Origin: Mobula birostris
Lineage: Eukaryota
Direction of reading: 5' to 3'
DNA length: 64,000 nt
NCBI RefSeq assembly: GCF_030028105.1
Contig: NC_092380.1
Span: forward strand, 69,871,717-69,935,716
Shown: piece after piece, positions 24,798-36,930 of the stretch
Position numbering within the stretch: position 1 is the first letter of the stretch
Layout: each line of letters starts with the position of its first letter
The notes under the pieces: model-generated
Told to the model about the DNA's origin: nothing
Databases searched by the model: none
What the model saw: the letters and a program-made list of their open reading frames with translations, nothing else
Translations under genes and position numbers: made by a program

Positions 24798-25975
24798 GAT
24801 TGAGTTCTCAGAATAGTTGATTTGTGCATCATGGAGTAGACGACTGTAAATCTTGAGACTATCTCTGCTGTGTACCGCAGTGCAAGCAGTAGAGTCATTA
24901 TCTAAGCATGCCAATGGACTTGTGTACTTTTCATCATTAGTTGTAAGTTGCATGACAAGTTGAAGGACTAGAGTGTAGGCTGCTGAGTTCCTTCAGCATT
25001 TTCTGTGTGTTGAATGTAGGATGTGTAGTTATTGAAAGGTGAACCCTTTTATCACAATGGCTGAAGTATCAATGGTACATTGGACTACTGCTGAATAAGC
25101 ACATCATGACTGCAACCCGGATACTCAATACTAATGCTACTGATGGGCTGTGAATAGTCACACATTAGCTGGATATTAAGAGAATGGAAATCTTTCAATT
25201 TGCAGTGCATTGGCCAGATAATGATGGCACGCGAATGGTTGCATACTGATTCTTGAGGGAGCCAGGAAACATTGCTATACTACATAATTAGCAACCTCTA
25301 TTAAAAGAGAATCATATATTTATAAATCTCTTGAAAAAGAGTGCATCAGTGATTCCTTTTTTGCTGAAATGGATTGCATATGTTGCAATTATCTCCAATT
25401 CTTTGTGTTAACATTCTTAGTGACTGTGACATGTCCAAACAATGAAGCAAATTTTATGACTTTGGAGATACAGCTAAAAACATGCTTTGAACTTGATTGG
25501 TAAATACTTGTTATTAAGTTCAATCATGATAAACAAATAAAACTGCTCGAAGGCCAACACTTGGAAATGAAAGTGGGTATGAGTAAAGCCCAGAGCAAGA
25601 TCCAAAGCCTTTTATAATCAAGACCTTTCTTTCTCACCAGTGAGAAGTACACAAAGAAAATCTAGTATGGATGGGTTAGGGCTGGGATTTTGCAGGAAAA
25701 AGAGATATCTAGAGCAGAGGTCATGGATCAGAACCGTCAATGTGTGAAGTCAGGGTCTTTATCAGAGGATCGGTGCAAGGTAGGTCTGGTTGTTGAGTGA
25801 GGAATGTTTCACTTGCTTTGTGGGTGCATTACTTTGACTTATTATTATTTAAAATTCCTTACAGTTATCATTTAAATTGTGTCAATTTTATTCTTATTCA
25901 AACTCTTGGTAAAAATAAATATTTTGCATGAAAGATTTTCATCATGGTTACTAATAATAGCTTCTTTCATTTCAG

Positions 25976-26131
25976 GCAAAGATCTACAATAAGATTCTTC
26001 GTTTGTCAACTTCAAATATGTCCACGGGAGAGATGACGGTAGGACAGATTTGCAATCTGGTCGCCATTGACACAAACCAGCTGATGTGGTTTTTCTTTCT
26101 CTCTCCCAATCTATGGGCTATGCCCGTGCAG
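25976..26131 (+). CDS. ABCC8: ABCC8/SUR1 coding exon (exon 8 equivalent; TM8)
   Basis: ttcatttcag|GCA...CAG|gtaatt; 156 bp. [52 protein letters not shown]. Confidence 0.96.
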
Positions 26132-26445
26132 GTAATTTTATGCGATACTAATGCTGAACTTCTTAAGCCTATGGCACCTCAACTTCAGTGATGGTTATTA
26201 GAGTATTAAGCAGATAATAAACCTGCTGGAAAGTGAGTCTAATCTGCATCACTTCAGCATGTCCCCAATTACTTGTTCAAATATTTTGTCTCAAACCTCT
26301 TCCAGAGACCGTCCAATAAAGCACGAGCAAGGGTCCACTGAAAAACTGGAATTTGATGCATTCTAAATTTGCCCATACTGTAATACCTGTGTGACCTCTC
26401 AGAAACTAGGTTCTATCAAACTGATGAAACTAGGTCTCATCAGGC

Positions 26446-26850
26446 TGGATTGCCTCCAATCTGATGGTATGAATATTGATTTTGCCCTCCAGTAATAAAA
26501 CATTTCCCTCCCCCTCCGATCTTCTTCTATTCCCAGCTCTGGCTGGCCTTTCACCTTTTCTTACCTACCCATAACTTCCCCCTGGGTCCCTTCCTTCTTT
26601 CCTATCTCCCATGGTCCACTCTCCTCTGCTATCAGATTCCTTTTTCTCCAGCCCTTTACCTTTCCCACCCGCTGGACTTGATATCACCTTCTAGATAGCT
26701 CCTTGCCATTCCCCTCACCTTTTTATTCTGTCATCTTCCCCCTTCCTTTTCCAGTCCTGAAGGAGGGTTCGACATGAAATGTCAACTGTTTATTCATTTC
26801 CATAGATGCTGCCTGACCTACTGAGTTCCTCCAGCAATTTGTATGTGTTC
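26446..26850 (+). mobile_element. Older Penelope 3' fragment
   Basis: CLQSDGMNIDF matches the ORF end SLQPLGMNVEF; pyrimidine-rich UTR; degenerate hammerhead at ~26752-26788. Confidence 0.75.
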
Positions 26851-27224
26851 CTCTGTCTAAAAGTGTTAGTGGGCCTGAGGTGGGGACTCGGAATAGTGGC
26901 AGATTGTATTAGAGTTCTTCGATAAACATTCGATAAAGAGATGGTTGGTGATTGATGCAGCAGAGAATACAGATGTACCAAACTTCTTCAAATAGTCAAC
27001 TTTTGATAATTTTTAACATTTTTACAATTAAGAGTGGCTGAGTTATCTTGCAGACCGGGTATACAAATTCTCTACTACAAGAGCACCTCAGATTTCCTCA
27101 TTTAAAAATTGTTTAAGCTTTTGGAATAGTATTCCATTGACTGTAGTGTCATTATAATTAAATCAGTGGATTATTGTGTCAAGAAGTCTGGACTGTCAAC
27201 AGTCTTGATTTAAATCTTGCTATT

Positions 27225-27465
27225 GTAAATGACAAATTTGAATTCAAATCAGTAAATAAAACTGTAATAAAACAAAATATTAGATGGAATTAGTGCTGGC
27301 TACATGATGCTGGAAATCTGCCATGCTTATCTGGTCTGCTCTATTTGTGACCAGACACATTAAAGTGATTGATTGTGAAATGGGTGCCTTCTGCAGTGGC
27401 CAGTTGGGATGGACAGTAACTTATGGTCTTGCCAGTGACAGTTAACACCCATGAACAAATAAGTC
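27225..27465 (+). mobile_element. Ancient SINE fragment (same family as 44875-45050)
   Basis: ggaaatctgccatgcttatctggtctg...gggatggacag...ccatgaacaaataa. Confidence 0.45.
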
Positions 27466-28992
27466 AATTAAGTCTTTAATTAGTGGAACTTTCACTTTTA
27501 AGTAGGAAGAATGTGAATTCTAGCATATGGCAGTAACTGAGCACATGTTGACTTAGATTTTGTAAAAAGTGGTAAATCATTTGTACTCACTTCTGTCAGA
27601 GTAAGCCATCACAAATGTCCATGGATTTCTGTGGCATTCTGTTCCCTTTTCCAACATTGTTGCAGTCAGCTTCAGTTCTCAGATACTTTTGGAGAATTGG
27701 AAAAGAGTAGATTAACTAGCTCAAAGAGGATTCCATCATCTGCAGTCTCTTGTGTCTTCAGATTAACTGTCCACTTGGTTCATGTACTATATCCATATCA
27801 GCTGTCATATTGCCTTTTTAATAGTTGCTGCACTTCAAAAAGTAATTCATTCAAATTAATGCTATGAATGTCCTCACCAAAGTTTGTAATGCATTAATTT
27901 CATAGCCTCTTTAGTTTATTCATGGAAAATCATATTTTAGGTTAGTAAGTAGAAAATACTGACCAAAAGTGCTCCAGAGGAAATATAAATAGAGGGAAGT
28001 GAATGGGCTATAATGAGAAAAATAAAATCAATTCACTTAGATGGCATCAATAGCATTTGTTTCACCTGTAATCCCCTACTCTCCACCCTATCACATACAG
28101 TACATTCCCTTTATTTTCACACTCTTCCCCTTTTTGCCAACTTAAAACATACCTGTTTTCTCAGTTCCCAGTACTATAGGAAGCCCAAGAACCTGAATCA
28201 TTAATTCTGTGTCTCTGTCTAAAGATGCCGCTGAACCTGTGGAATGGCTCCAGCATTGTCAAATTTTATTTTTAAAGGTATTTGATATGGAGGATATGAG
28301 TAAGAAGGTTGTTCAGAGGTCAGGAAGGACATTCATTTCGCTCCAGCTGAAATGAGTTCCACAATGCTTTGCCACATTTTACATGTGCTGAGCAGCAGTT
28401 TGTTTAGAGATGATTGGTTAAGCTGCTTATGCCTGGAACCAATGGGCAAAGTGTATGTGGTGCATGTATGCATAGAGCACTTTTCCCTCATGGTTCTTAA
28501 CAATTATAAAATGCTTCAGAATTGTAATCTGATGCGGTCTGGGTCCTGTCGTAGTAACTGTCCTCTGACATGCTTGCATTCTTGCATTTAAATTCTTGGC
28601 AGTCATATACAGATGATTCAAAGTATGATCACCTTCATGTTTCCCTCTGGTCATAAAATATTCTGACCTAGATATATCCTTCATTGCTGGATTAAAATAC
28701 AGAAATTCCATAGCTGTTAGTAAACAATGTCAGCATTACATTATTCCAGGAGAAGGTCTGCCACCTCCATGGGTGGTCATCAAAATTAGCTTGCCAGTAT
28801 TGCAAACAGTCCAACAATATTTAAAGAAGAAATAAATTGTGGAAGTACAGTAGTTCCAAATGATGACAGAAAGTGGGTCTTTTCTTGCCCCTTTTTACAG
28901 TGGGCCATCTCTACACGTCTCAGTCGTTGGCATGGAACTCTCGATCTTCCAGATCCTCATGTGAGCCCAGTAACCTGGGAACGTAATCAGCA

Positions 28993-29021
28993 TACACTCA
29001 GTGGCCACTTTATTAGGTACA
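28993..29021 (+). mobile_element. Solo Tc1/mariner-like terminal repeat fragment
   Basis: TA|cactcagtggccactttattaggtaca; no partner end seen. Confidence 0.45.
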
Positions 29022-30142
29022 AGAGTTAGTAATGATAAAGTTACTATACTCTAAATTGATAAAAAAAGTTTTCATTTTTAATGGAGTTATTTCGGTGTTA
29101 ATCCCCAAAGAAGACTCCTGGAAACTAATAGTTTTTGTGATATCAATGTACCCAATGGCATTACGCTTCTTCAAGCAAAAGAAGATAGCCTCTGTGATTT
29201 ACAAACAAAAGAGCTATTGCCTTTATTTCCACTGCACTAGATCACCACTGGGAGTCATTAGATTTAGAAGTAAAATTACTTAGGATTTATTTTGCACTTC
29301 ATAAAATTATAGGTAGGATGTGCCATTTATTATTTCAGTCAAAAAGCCTTTGCTGCCTGCTTCATTAGTGTACAAGACACTGGGTATTGCAATCAATCGT
29401 TGGATGTTCTTTTGTGCACTGTGGAGCCTGAGATGTTCAAGTAGGGCCAAGTTCTATGAAAATAGCAGAGCGAATGTATGAGATCAGTCTCCAGGGACTG
29501 TTTGCAGACAGTGTGGTGACTGGACCAATCAAAGACCCAGTGCTTGTGATGTTTTGACGTGAAGGGGATGAAATGGGTGGACAGCTGTTAATGTGATAGT
29601 AATGTTGAGGTAGCAGAGGAGATAAGTAATAGAACTGACCTATGTTCCATGACCTGAGTGGGATCTCAGGCCTGAAGAACAATTAATAAAACATGGGTGT
29701 TTGAGGAGCTCTTTGAAACAACATGTTCTAATTTACCTATCATTGCGCCAAAAGGTATGTTGAATGAGGAATATTGTCAGTTGACTTGAAAATTCTGACA
29801 GATATGCAAGAAATATTGACAACTGAATCTGGCTAATTGAGTGACTGCAGTGGTGCATTTAGAATAAGAATTGGTTCTAAATGCAGACCAAACAGGAGAG
29901 AAACCATTTTATTTTCCTGGAGCTTAGAATTAACAAATACTGTTGAATGTCTTAATTTTTAGGCCAGAGTTTCACGCATGCACATAGATCACACATTTTT
30001 TTTGATACAAACCTTCGAGGATAACCCCAAAAATTAAAAGCTCAAAGATAATCAAGTGAAATACTCATTATCATTTATAACTGAAACAGGTAAATACTCA
30101 CCAATATTACTCCCTTTTGTTGCATTTATATTACATCCCAGT

Positions 30143-30400
30143 GAAGTGGATGAAGTCAGGGCAGTCGATGTTGTCCACATGGACATTAGCAAGGCATTTG
30201 AAAAGGTCCTGTTTGGGAGGTTGGTCAAGAAGGTTCAGGCACTTGACAATCGAGAAGAAGTAGTAAATTGGATTAGACATTGGTGTTGTGGGAGAAGCCA
30301 GAGAGTGGTAGAAAGTGGTTGCCCCTTTGACTGGAGGCCTGTGACTAGTGATGTGCCACAGGGATTAGTGCTGGGGCCTTTATTGTCTGTCATCTATATC
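30143..30400 (+). mobile_element. CR1 RT fragment
   Basis: VDVVHMDISKAFEKV...WRPVTSDVPQGLVLGPLL. Confidence 0.85.
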
Positions 30401-30971
30401 CTGCTCCAGGCAGATTTACATCTGTGTCATATTCTTTCCATTTCTTGATGATTGACTTAACTATACTCTAAGGGGATATTCAGTGACTTGGAAATTTTCT
30501 TGTATTCATCTCCTGACTTGTGCTTTTCAATAACCTTTTCGTGGAGCTGCTTGGAGTGTTCTTTTGTCTTTATGGTGTAGTTTTTGGCAGGATACTGACT
30601 CACCAGCTATTGGACCTTCCAGACACAGGAGTATTTTTACTACAATCAATTGCAACGCCATGACTGCACGCAGGTCTCCAAATACAGATCTCTATTTAGT
30701 GAATTATGTGACTTCTAAAACCAATTGGCTACATCAGTGATGATTTGGTGTGTCATATTAAAAGGGAGTGAATACTTTCGCCATCAATTATTTTGTGTTT
30801 TATATTTGTAATTAATTTAGATCTCTTTGTAGAGATTATTTTCACTTTGACACAAGAAAAGTCTTTTTCTGTTGAACAGTGTCTAAAAAGCCAAATTAAA
30901 TCCATCGTGATTCAATGTTATAAAACATGAAATCTTCCAGGGGTGGGAGGAAATACTTTTTATAGGCACTG
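30401..30971 (-). mobile_element. Tc1-like DNA transposon 5' part
   Basis: Ends ...ataggcactg|TA. Reverse complement of the TIR/N-terminal region of the element at 52030-55924. Confidence 0.85.
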
Positions 30972-31559
30972 TAATGCATGGTCGCACAGTTTAGAGGGAA
31001 GTGTTAACATGGCTCCTTTACTGGTAGTGAAAATGACAAATTGTCATTCATTATTTATCCATGATAGCCATAAAGTTAAACTTATGAAAGTATGTGAGAT
31101 GTGGAAAGAATATTTTTATTGATGTATATGATGATGCTACTCGAAGCTTAAAAGCAATGTATAAACGGTTCCAAACCTGCTGTGATGCTGCGATACTGTA
31201 CTCTATTCTCCAGCATTTTTAATACTCAATGTGACTAAAATGTACAATCCTTATAACTGGCTTTCAAAAATAATTGATAGAGTAGAGTTGCTTTTGCTGT
31301 ATCTGTATCAAAGGCTTTGTTTTGCATAATGTTTCTGGCAATTAGTTTGGTAATTTCATAGTTTTTAAGAGAAAGAAAGTAGGACTTTACAACTCCCTGA
31401 CTTAGCAGAAACTAATACTGGTCATGATTTTAAAAGTACAGTAAGGAAGTAATTCATATATTTCTTTATTTTACATGATATTTATAGGCCTGTTGATTGC
31501 ATACTTGAGAGGTGGGAAGGAATGGCTTAGTCTCCTGCCTCACTTTCACAATATATTCT

Positions 31560-32240
31560 ACACAAGGTCCCAGAACACATTCTACACAATCAGGAAATCT
31601 CACCAATGCCTGTACTTTCTGAGGAGGCCCAAGAGAGCTGGACTATGCACATCTATACTCACATCATTCTACAGATGCACAGTAGAGAGCATCCTAACAT
31701 GCTTCATCACTGCGTGACACAGAAACTGCACTGCGGCAGACAAAAGGGCTCTACAACAGGTAGTCAAAACTGCCCATTGTACCACCAGCACCAGCCAACC
31801 TGCAATCAAGGACAGTTGCCATAAAATATGCAGTAATATCATAAAGGATCCCACCCACCCTGCTCATGGACTGTTTCTCCCACTTCCATCAAGTAGCATC
31901 CATTCCAGGACCACCATTCCAAAATTTCCCCAAACCATAAGGCTGATCAAACCTTCACTCACGAACCCACCCCTCCACACCCCCCACCACCACTACATTA
32001 TCATTTCCAGTCAGTCAATGTATGTATACAAACAGTCATGTGCCTCATGACACTTATGGACCTGCAATCAATCAATGTTTATAAGTTATCTTATGTATTT
32101 ATATTTATTGCATATGTTAATTATTGCATTCTTTGTTTTATTGTGGGTTGTTTTTGTGCTTCATTGGTTCTAGAGTAACAATTATTTCATTCTCCTTTAC
32201 ACTTGTGTACTGGAGATGACATTAAGTAATCGTGAATAAT
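31560..32240 (+). mobile_element. Rex1/Babar-type LINE 3' fragment
   Basis: KSHQCLYFLRRPKRAGL..FYRCTVESILTCFITA (Rex1 C-terminal domain). Confidence 0.8.
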
Positions 32241-33464
32241 CCGGGTCAGTGAGAGCCAAGAACATGGGCTGCACCTGGCCTATGAGCAAACACTGCACTG
32301 TGATTTTGTGAAGCAGGCAAAGGTGCTGTGATAATTTGACTTCTGTACTTTATCCAACCCACATTCCCCTTCTATTAATTTGAATCATACATATGTATGC
32401 TTATTCTCTGAGTGGTGACCTCCATCAGCAAACATTGGGTTTGTTGCTCCCACTGCAGAGAGTGGACCAGGAAATTTAGCCCCACTGTTTCCAAAGCAAA
32501 TAATGTATTTGAAAAGGCATGGTATTCCATTGCATTTGAAAGGTAAAGTTAAAATGAAGATTATTCTAATCCATGTATAAAACTGATTACAAAGAATTAT
32601 TTCTAACCTCTTTTTGAACATGTATTTGATTGTGGGAAACAGGACATGGCAGCATTTAGTTTCTGATGTCATATGATTGGAAGTGACTAAGTGTCAGAGA
32701 CGTGAACTGCACTCAACTTGATAGGAAACATGCGACAGTCAATAGTAGCTCTAGCTAACAGACAATTTGAAATTTTCAAAGGCCCAGGAATGATGAACAA
32801 ATTAGGAATTCATGCTGCTGCCAAAACCCAACGGGAGACTTGTCTTGAAAGTGATAAGTATGATGTGTTTGAGGTTTTCAGATTATTCAGACTGCATTAT
32901 GCGGGTTGTGATTGCAGTACACGAACAGTTGGAGACCAGTAGCTATAGGGTGTACGTGTAACTGGGGAAAACTGACAGGGTGCAATTCAGTGCAAAGCTC
33001 TGCCTTACTCACTGATTACCTTTTATCTTGTTCAGATGTTCTAGTATGTTAACTTCTAAGTTTATTTTTATATAATTCTTTATTCTTTAAAATCGTTGAA
33101 TGGAGTTAATTTTGTTCTTTGTCATGCCAACACCGCAGCAAATTCCTAATACATGTAAATGCATATGGAGAACAAAGATTTTCCCTTAACCGTTGATCCA
33201 TGTTGGATATGCAGTAAAACTCCATTAATCCCTCATGCCCAGGACTTTGGTGGTGTCATATTAGCATCATCCGACTAATGGCTATTATTCTGTTAATACT
33301 CCAGTAAACTTTTAATTCATATTTTTAGATAATGAACAGGAGTATAATAAATTTCCCAACAAACCTGGTAAGTTTAAATGAAGTACAGCAAGCAAAGTAC
33401 CAGTTAGTTTAAAAGGAGCAGGAAACCAAAGCAATAGAGTGGGAGCTGGGACCCCTGTGAGTAA

Positions 33465-35370
33465 ACCTGACAAGTTTAGTGAACCCTGTCTGTTGAGAGA
33501 CATTGAAGCTCTGGTTAACAAAAAGAAGGAATCTTACATTGGGTTTTGGAGACGAGGGACAAATGAGTACCTTGATGACTATAAAAGGATTAAGAATTCA
33601 TTTAAGAAGGAAATCAGAAAGATAAAGAGAGGATATAAGATGGATCTGACAGGGTAGGTTAAGAGAAATCCCAAGAGACTCTATAAATGTATGAAAAGTA
33701 AAGGAGAGGTTGTGGAGAAAGTGGATCCCCTTAGAGTTCATCAGGGGTGCGTACATCTCAAGCCATAGGAAATGGGTGAGGTTTTAAACAAATATTTTGC
33801 TGTTTACTGAGGACAAAATCATGGCTCTCAGTAGATAAGGAAAACAAATAGAGATGTTTTGGAGAACATTCCTTTTACCAGGGTAAAAGTAATTGCTACC
33901 TTACAGTGTGTTAAGTTGGATAAGTGTCCAGGGCCTGACCGTGTGGATCCCCAAACTTTGTGGGAGGCTAGAGAAGAAATTGCCAAGGCCCTTGCAGAGA
34001 TATTTGCTTCATCATAACTCACTGGTGAAGTTCCCGAAGACTGGAAGGAACCTAGCATCATTCCATTGTTCAAGAAGGGTAACAAGGACAAGCGGGAACT
34101 ACAGGCCAGTCAGCCTGATATTCATGGTGGGGAAGTTACTGGGGGGAATTCTGAAGCACAGAATAGCAAGCGTCTGATTAAGAGGAGCCAGCATAGCTTT
34201 GTGTGTGAGAAATCATGTTTGGCAAATCTTTTAGAGTCCTTTGAGAAGATATACAAAAACATAGGGCAGTGGATATTGTCTGCTTGGACTTTAGCAAGGC
34301 ATTTGAAAGGATCCTTATGGAAAGCTGATCTGGAAGATTAGGTCCCATGGAAAGCTAGATAACTGGGTTTAGAATTGGCTAGGAAGTAGAAAGCAGAGGG
34401 TGGTGGATGAAGGCAATTTCTTGAAGTGGAAACTAGTGGTGTACTACAGGGGTCGGTTTTGGGACCCATTATTAATTATTTATATAAATGATCTGAGTGT
34501 GAACTCACATGACTTGATCAGCAAGCTTGCAGATGACTCAAGATTAGGAGGAGTTGTTGATAATGAAGGAGCTTATCGTAGAATATTCAGAGGATCTCGA
34601 TTGGTTTGGGAAGTGGGCCAAGGAGTTGCAAATGCATTTCAGTACAGACAAGTGTGAGCTGATGCATTTTGGAAAGTTAAGGCTACGCTATGAATGGTAG
34701 GGCACTAGGGAGTGTAACAGAACTGGAGAACCGAGAAGTCCAAGTGCATAGTATGTTGAAAGCAGTAGAACACGTAGACAGGGTAGTGAAAAAGGCACTT
34801 AGCATGTTGGCCTTCATCATTCAGGGTCATTATACTGCAGTTTTATAAGTCATTGGTGAAGTCACCAGTGTTTTGGTTATCCTGTAATAGGAATAATGTG
34901 GCTAAACCGGAATGAGTGCAGGACAGATTTATGAGGATGTTGCCAGATTCAGAGGGCTGAGTTATGGGGGAGGGAGGAGTTGGTTTGGCTAGGCCTAGTC
35001 TTTGTTCCTTAGAATGTAAGAGATCCAGAGAAGACCTTATAGAAGTGTTTAAAGTTATGAGAGGCATAGATGAGGTGGATTATAACAGTCTTTTCTCCAG
35101 GGTAGGGGTGCTCAAAACTAGGGGCATAGATGTAGGGTGAGAGGGGGAGTAGTTAAAAGTAACCGGACGGTCAACTTTACATGCAGTGGATGGTGATTAT
35201 ATAGAACAAGCTGGCAGAGCAAGTGGTTGAGGCAGGTACAACTACATTTAATTCAGAAAGCACTTGGATAGGTACATGGAGGGGAGGGACCTGGAAGGAT
35301 ATGGGTCTAGCTGGTTGGACAACATGGATGACATGGACTGTAGCCATGTTGTTTTGCTCTGTGATTCTTT
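33465..35370 (+). mobile_element. CR1 LINE, decayed (different subfamily)
   Basis: KCPGPDRVDP..EIAKAL..FKKGNKD, NYRPVSL, SQHSFV..SCLANLLE, KLADDSRLGG. Confidence 0.88.
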
Positions 35371-35600
35371 GAGTTTAAAGCAAGAGTCAGAACCAGGGCT
35401 GAAGTGTGTAAATGGGAGTTCAAATGGGCCATAAAACCATAAGATGTAGGAGCAGAATCAGGCCTTTCAGCTCACCGAGTCTGTTCCACCATTTGATAGT
35501 TGTTTCTTTATTATTCCCTCTCAACCCCATTCTCCTGCTGTCTCTCTATGACCTTTGACACCTTTACTAATCAAGAACCTATCAACCTCCGTTTAAATAT

Positions 35601-36136
35601 CAGAATCTGAATCAGGTTTAATATCACTGGCATATGCCATGAAATTTGTAAACTTAGTGGCAGCATTACAATGCAATACATGATAAGTATTAAAAAATGA
35701 ATTACAGCAAGTATATACTTATATTAAATAGTTAAATTCAAAGTTTCAAAGTGCATTTATTATCTAAGAATGTATAAATTTGTTTGCTTACAGACAGTCA
35801 CAAAGCTAGGAACCCGAAAGAACCCAATTTAAAAAAAGACCAACCTCCCCAGTGCCCAGAGAGAAAGAGAGAACAAAACACAAAATGAATCATATAAACA
35901 ATAGAAGCGAGCAACAACAACAGCATTCCGAACCAAATTGGGTTCTTAGGTCCAAATCCCCACAGCACCAAAATAACATTGCAAAAACAGAAATAATATA
36001 AAGTGAGGTAGTGTTCATGGGTTCAACATCCATTTAGGAATCAGATGGCAGAGGGGAAGAAGCTGTTCCCGAATCACTGAGTGTGTGCTTTCAGGCTTCT
36101 GTATCTGCTTCCTGATGGTAACAATGAAAAGGGGGC
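35601..36136 (-). mobile_element. Rex1/Babar-type 3' end, itself interrupted at ~35738-35965
   Basis: cagaatctgaatcaggtttaatatcactggcat tail; same family as 56527-56850. Confidence 0.6.
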
Positions 36137-36309
36137 ATATACACAATGAGTTGGCCTCTACAGCTTTCTGGCAATGAATTCCACAGTTTCACCACCCATG
36201 GCTCAAGAAATTCTTCCCCATCTCTGTTCTAAAGGGATGTCTTTTTTATTCTGAGGCTGTGCCCTCTGGTCCTAGGCTCTCCCACTACTGGAATCATCCT
36301 TTCCATGTC

Positions 36310-36527
36310 AACACTCACAACACGCTAGAGGAACTCAGCAGGTCGGGCAGCATCCGTGAAAGCAATCAGTCAATGTTTTGGGCCGGAACCCTGACAAAGG
36401 GTTCCGTCAGGGTTCCGGCCCGAAACGTCGACTGATTGTTTCCACGGATGCTGCCCGACCTGCTGAGTTCCTCCAGCGTGTTGTGAGTGTTGCTTTCACC
36501 CCAGCATCTGCAGATTATTTTGTGTTT
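36310..36527 (+). mobile_element. Palindromic Penelope mini-element
   Basis: ~85-bp inverted arms and a tail nearly identical to the 3' end of 8268-10010. 17-bp TSD with 2 mismatches (36293-36309 / 36528-36544). Confidence 0.88.
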
Positions 36528-36930
36528 ATTATCCTCTCCATGTCCATTTATCTAGGAATTTGAATATTCAGTAGGTTTCAATGAGAAGCTCCTTGTTCTT
36601 CTAAACCGTGATTACAAGCCAAGCCTTCAAACACTCCACATGCATTAACTCTTTCATCCCCAGATAGCTCTTGTAAACCTCCTCTGGGCCTTCTTTAATA
36701 CCAGCGTATCCTCTCCTTTTATATTGGGCACAAAACTGCTTACAGTACTCCGTGTGTTCTGAGCAATGCCTTAAAAAGCCTCAGCATTATATCCTTCCTT
36801 TTATATTCTAATACTCTCAAAATGAATGCTAACATTGCATTTGTCCAACTCAACCTGTAAGTTGATATTTAGGGATCCTGTACTAGGATTCCCAAGTCCA
36901 CTGGCAATTTCAGAAATCTCCCCCTATTTC

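Noticed and set aside
26420-26443. ctgatga...tcatcag hairpin as an additional hammerhead or C/D box
   Set aside because: No helix II plus GAAA arrangement or cleavage triplet; CTGATGA is itself base-paired.
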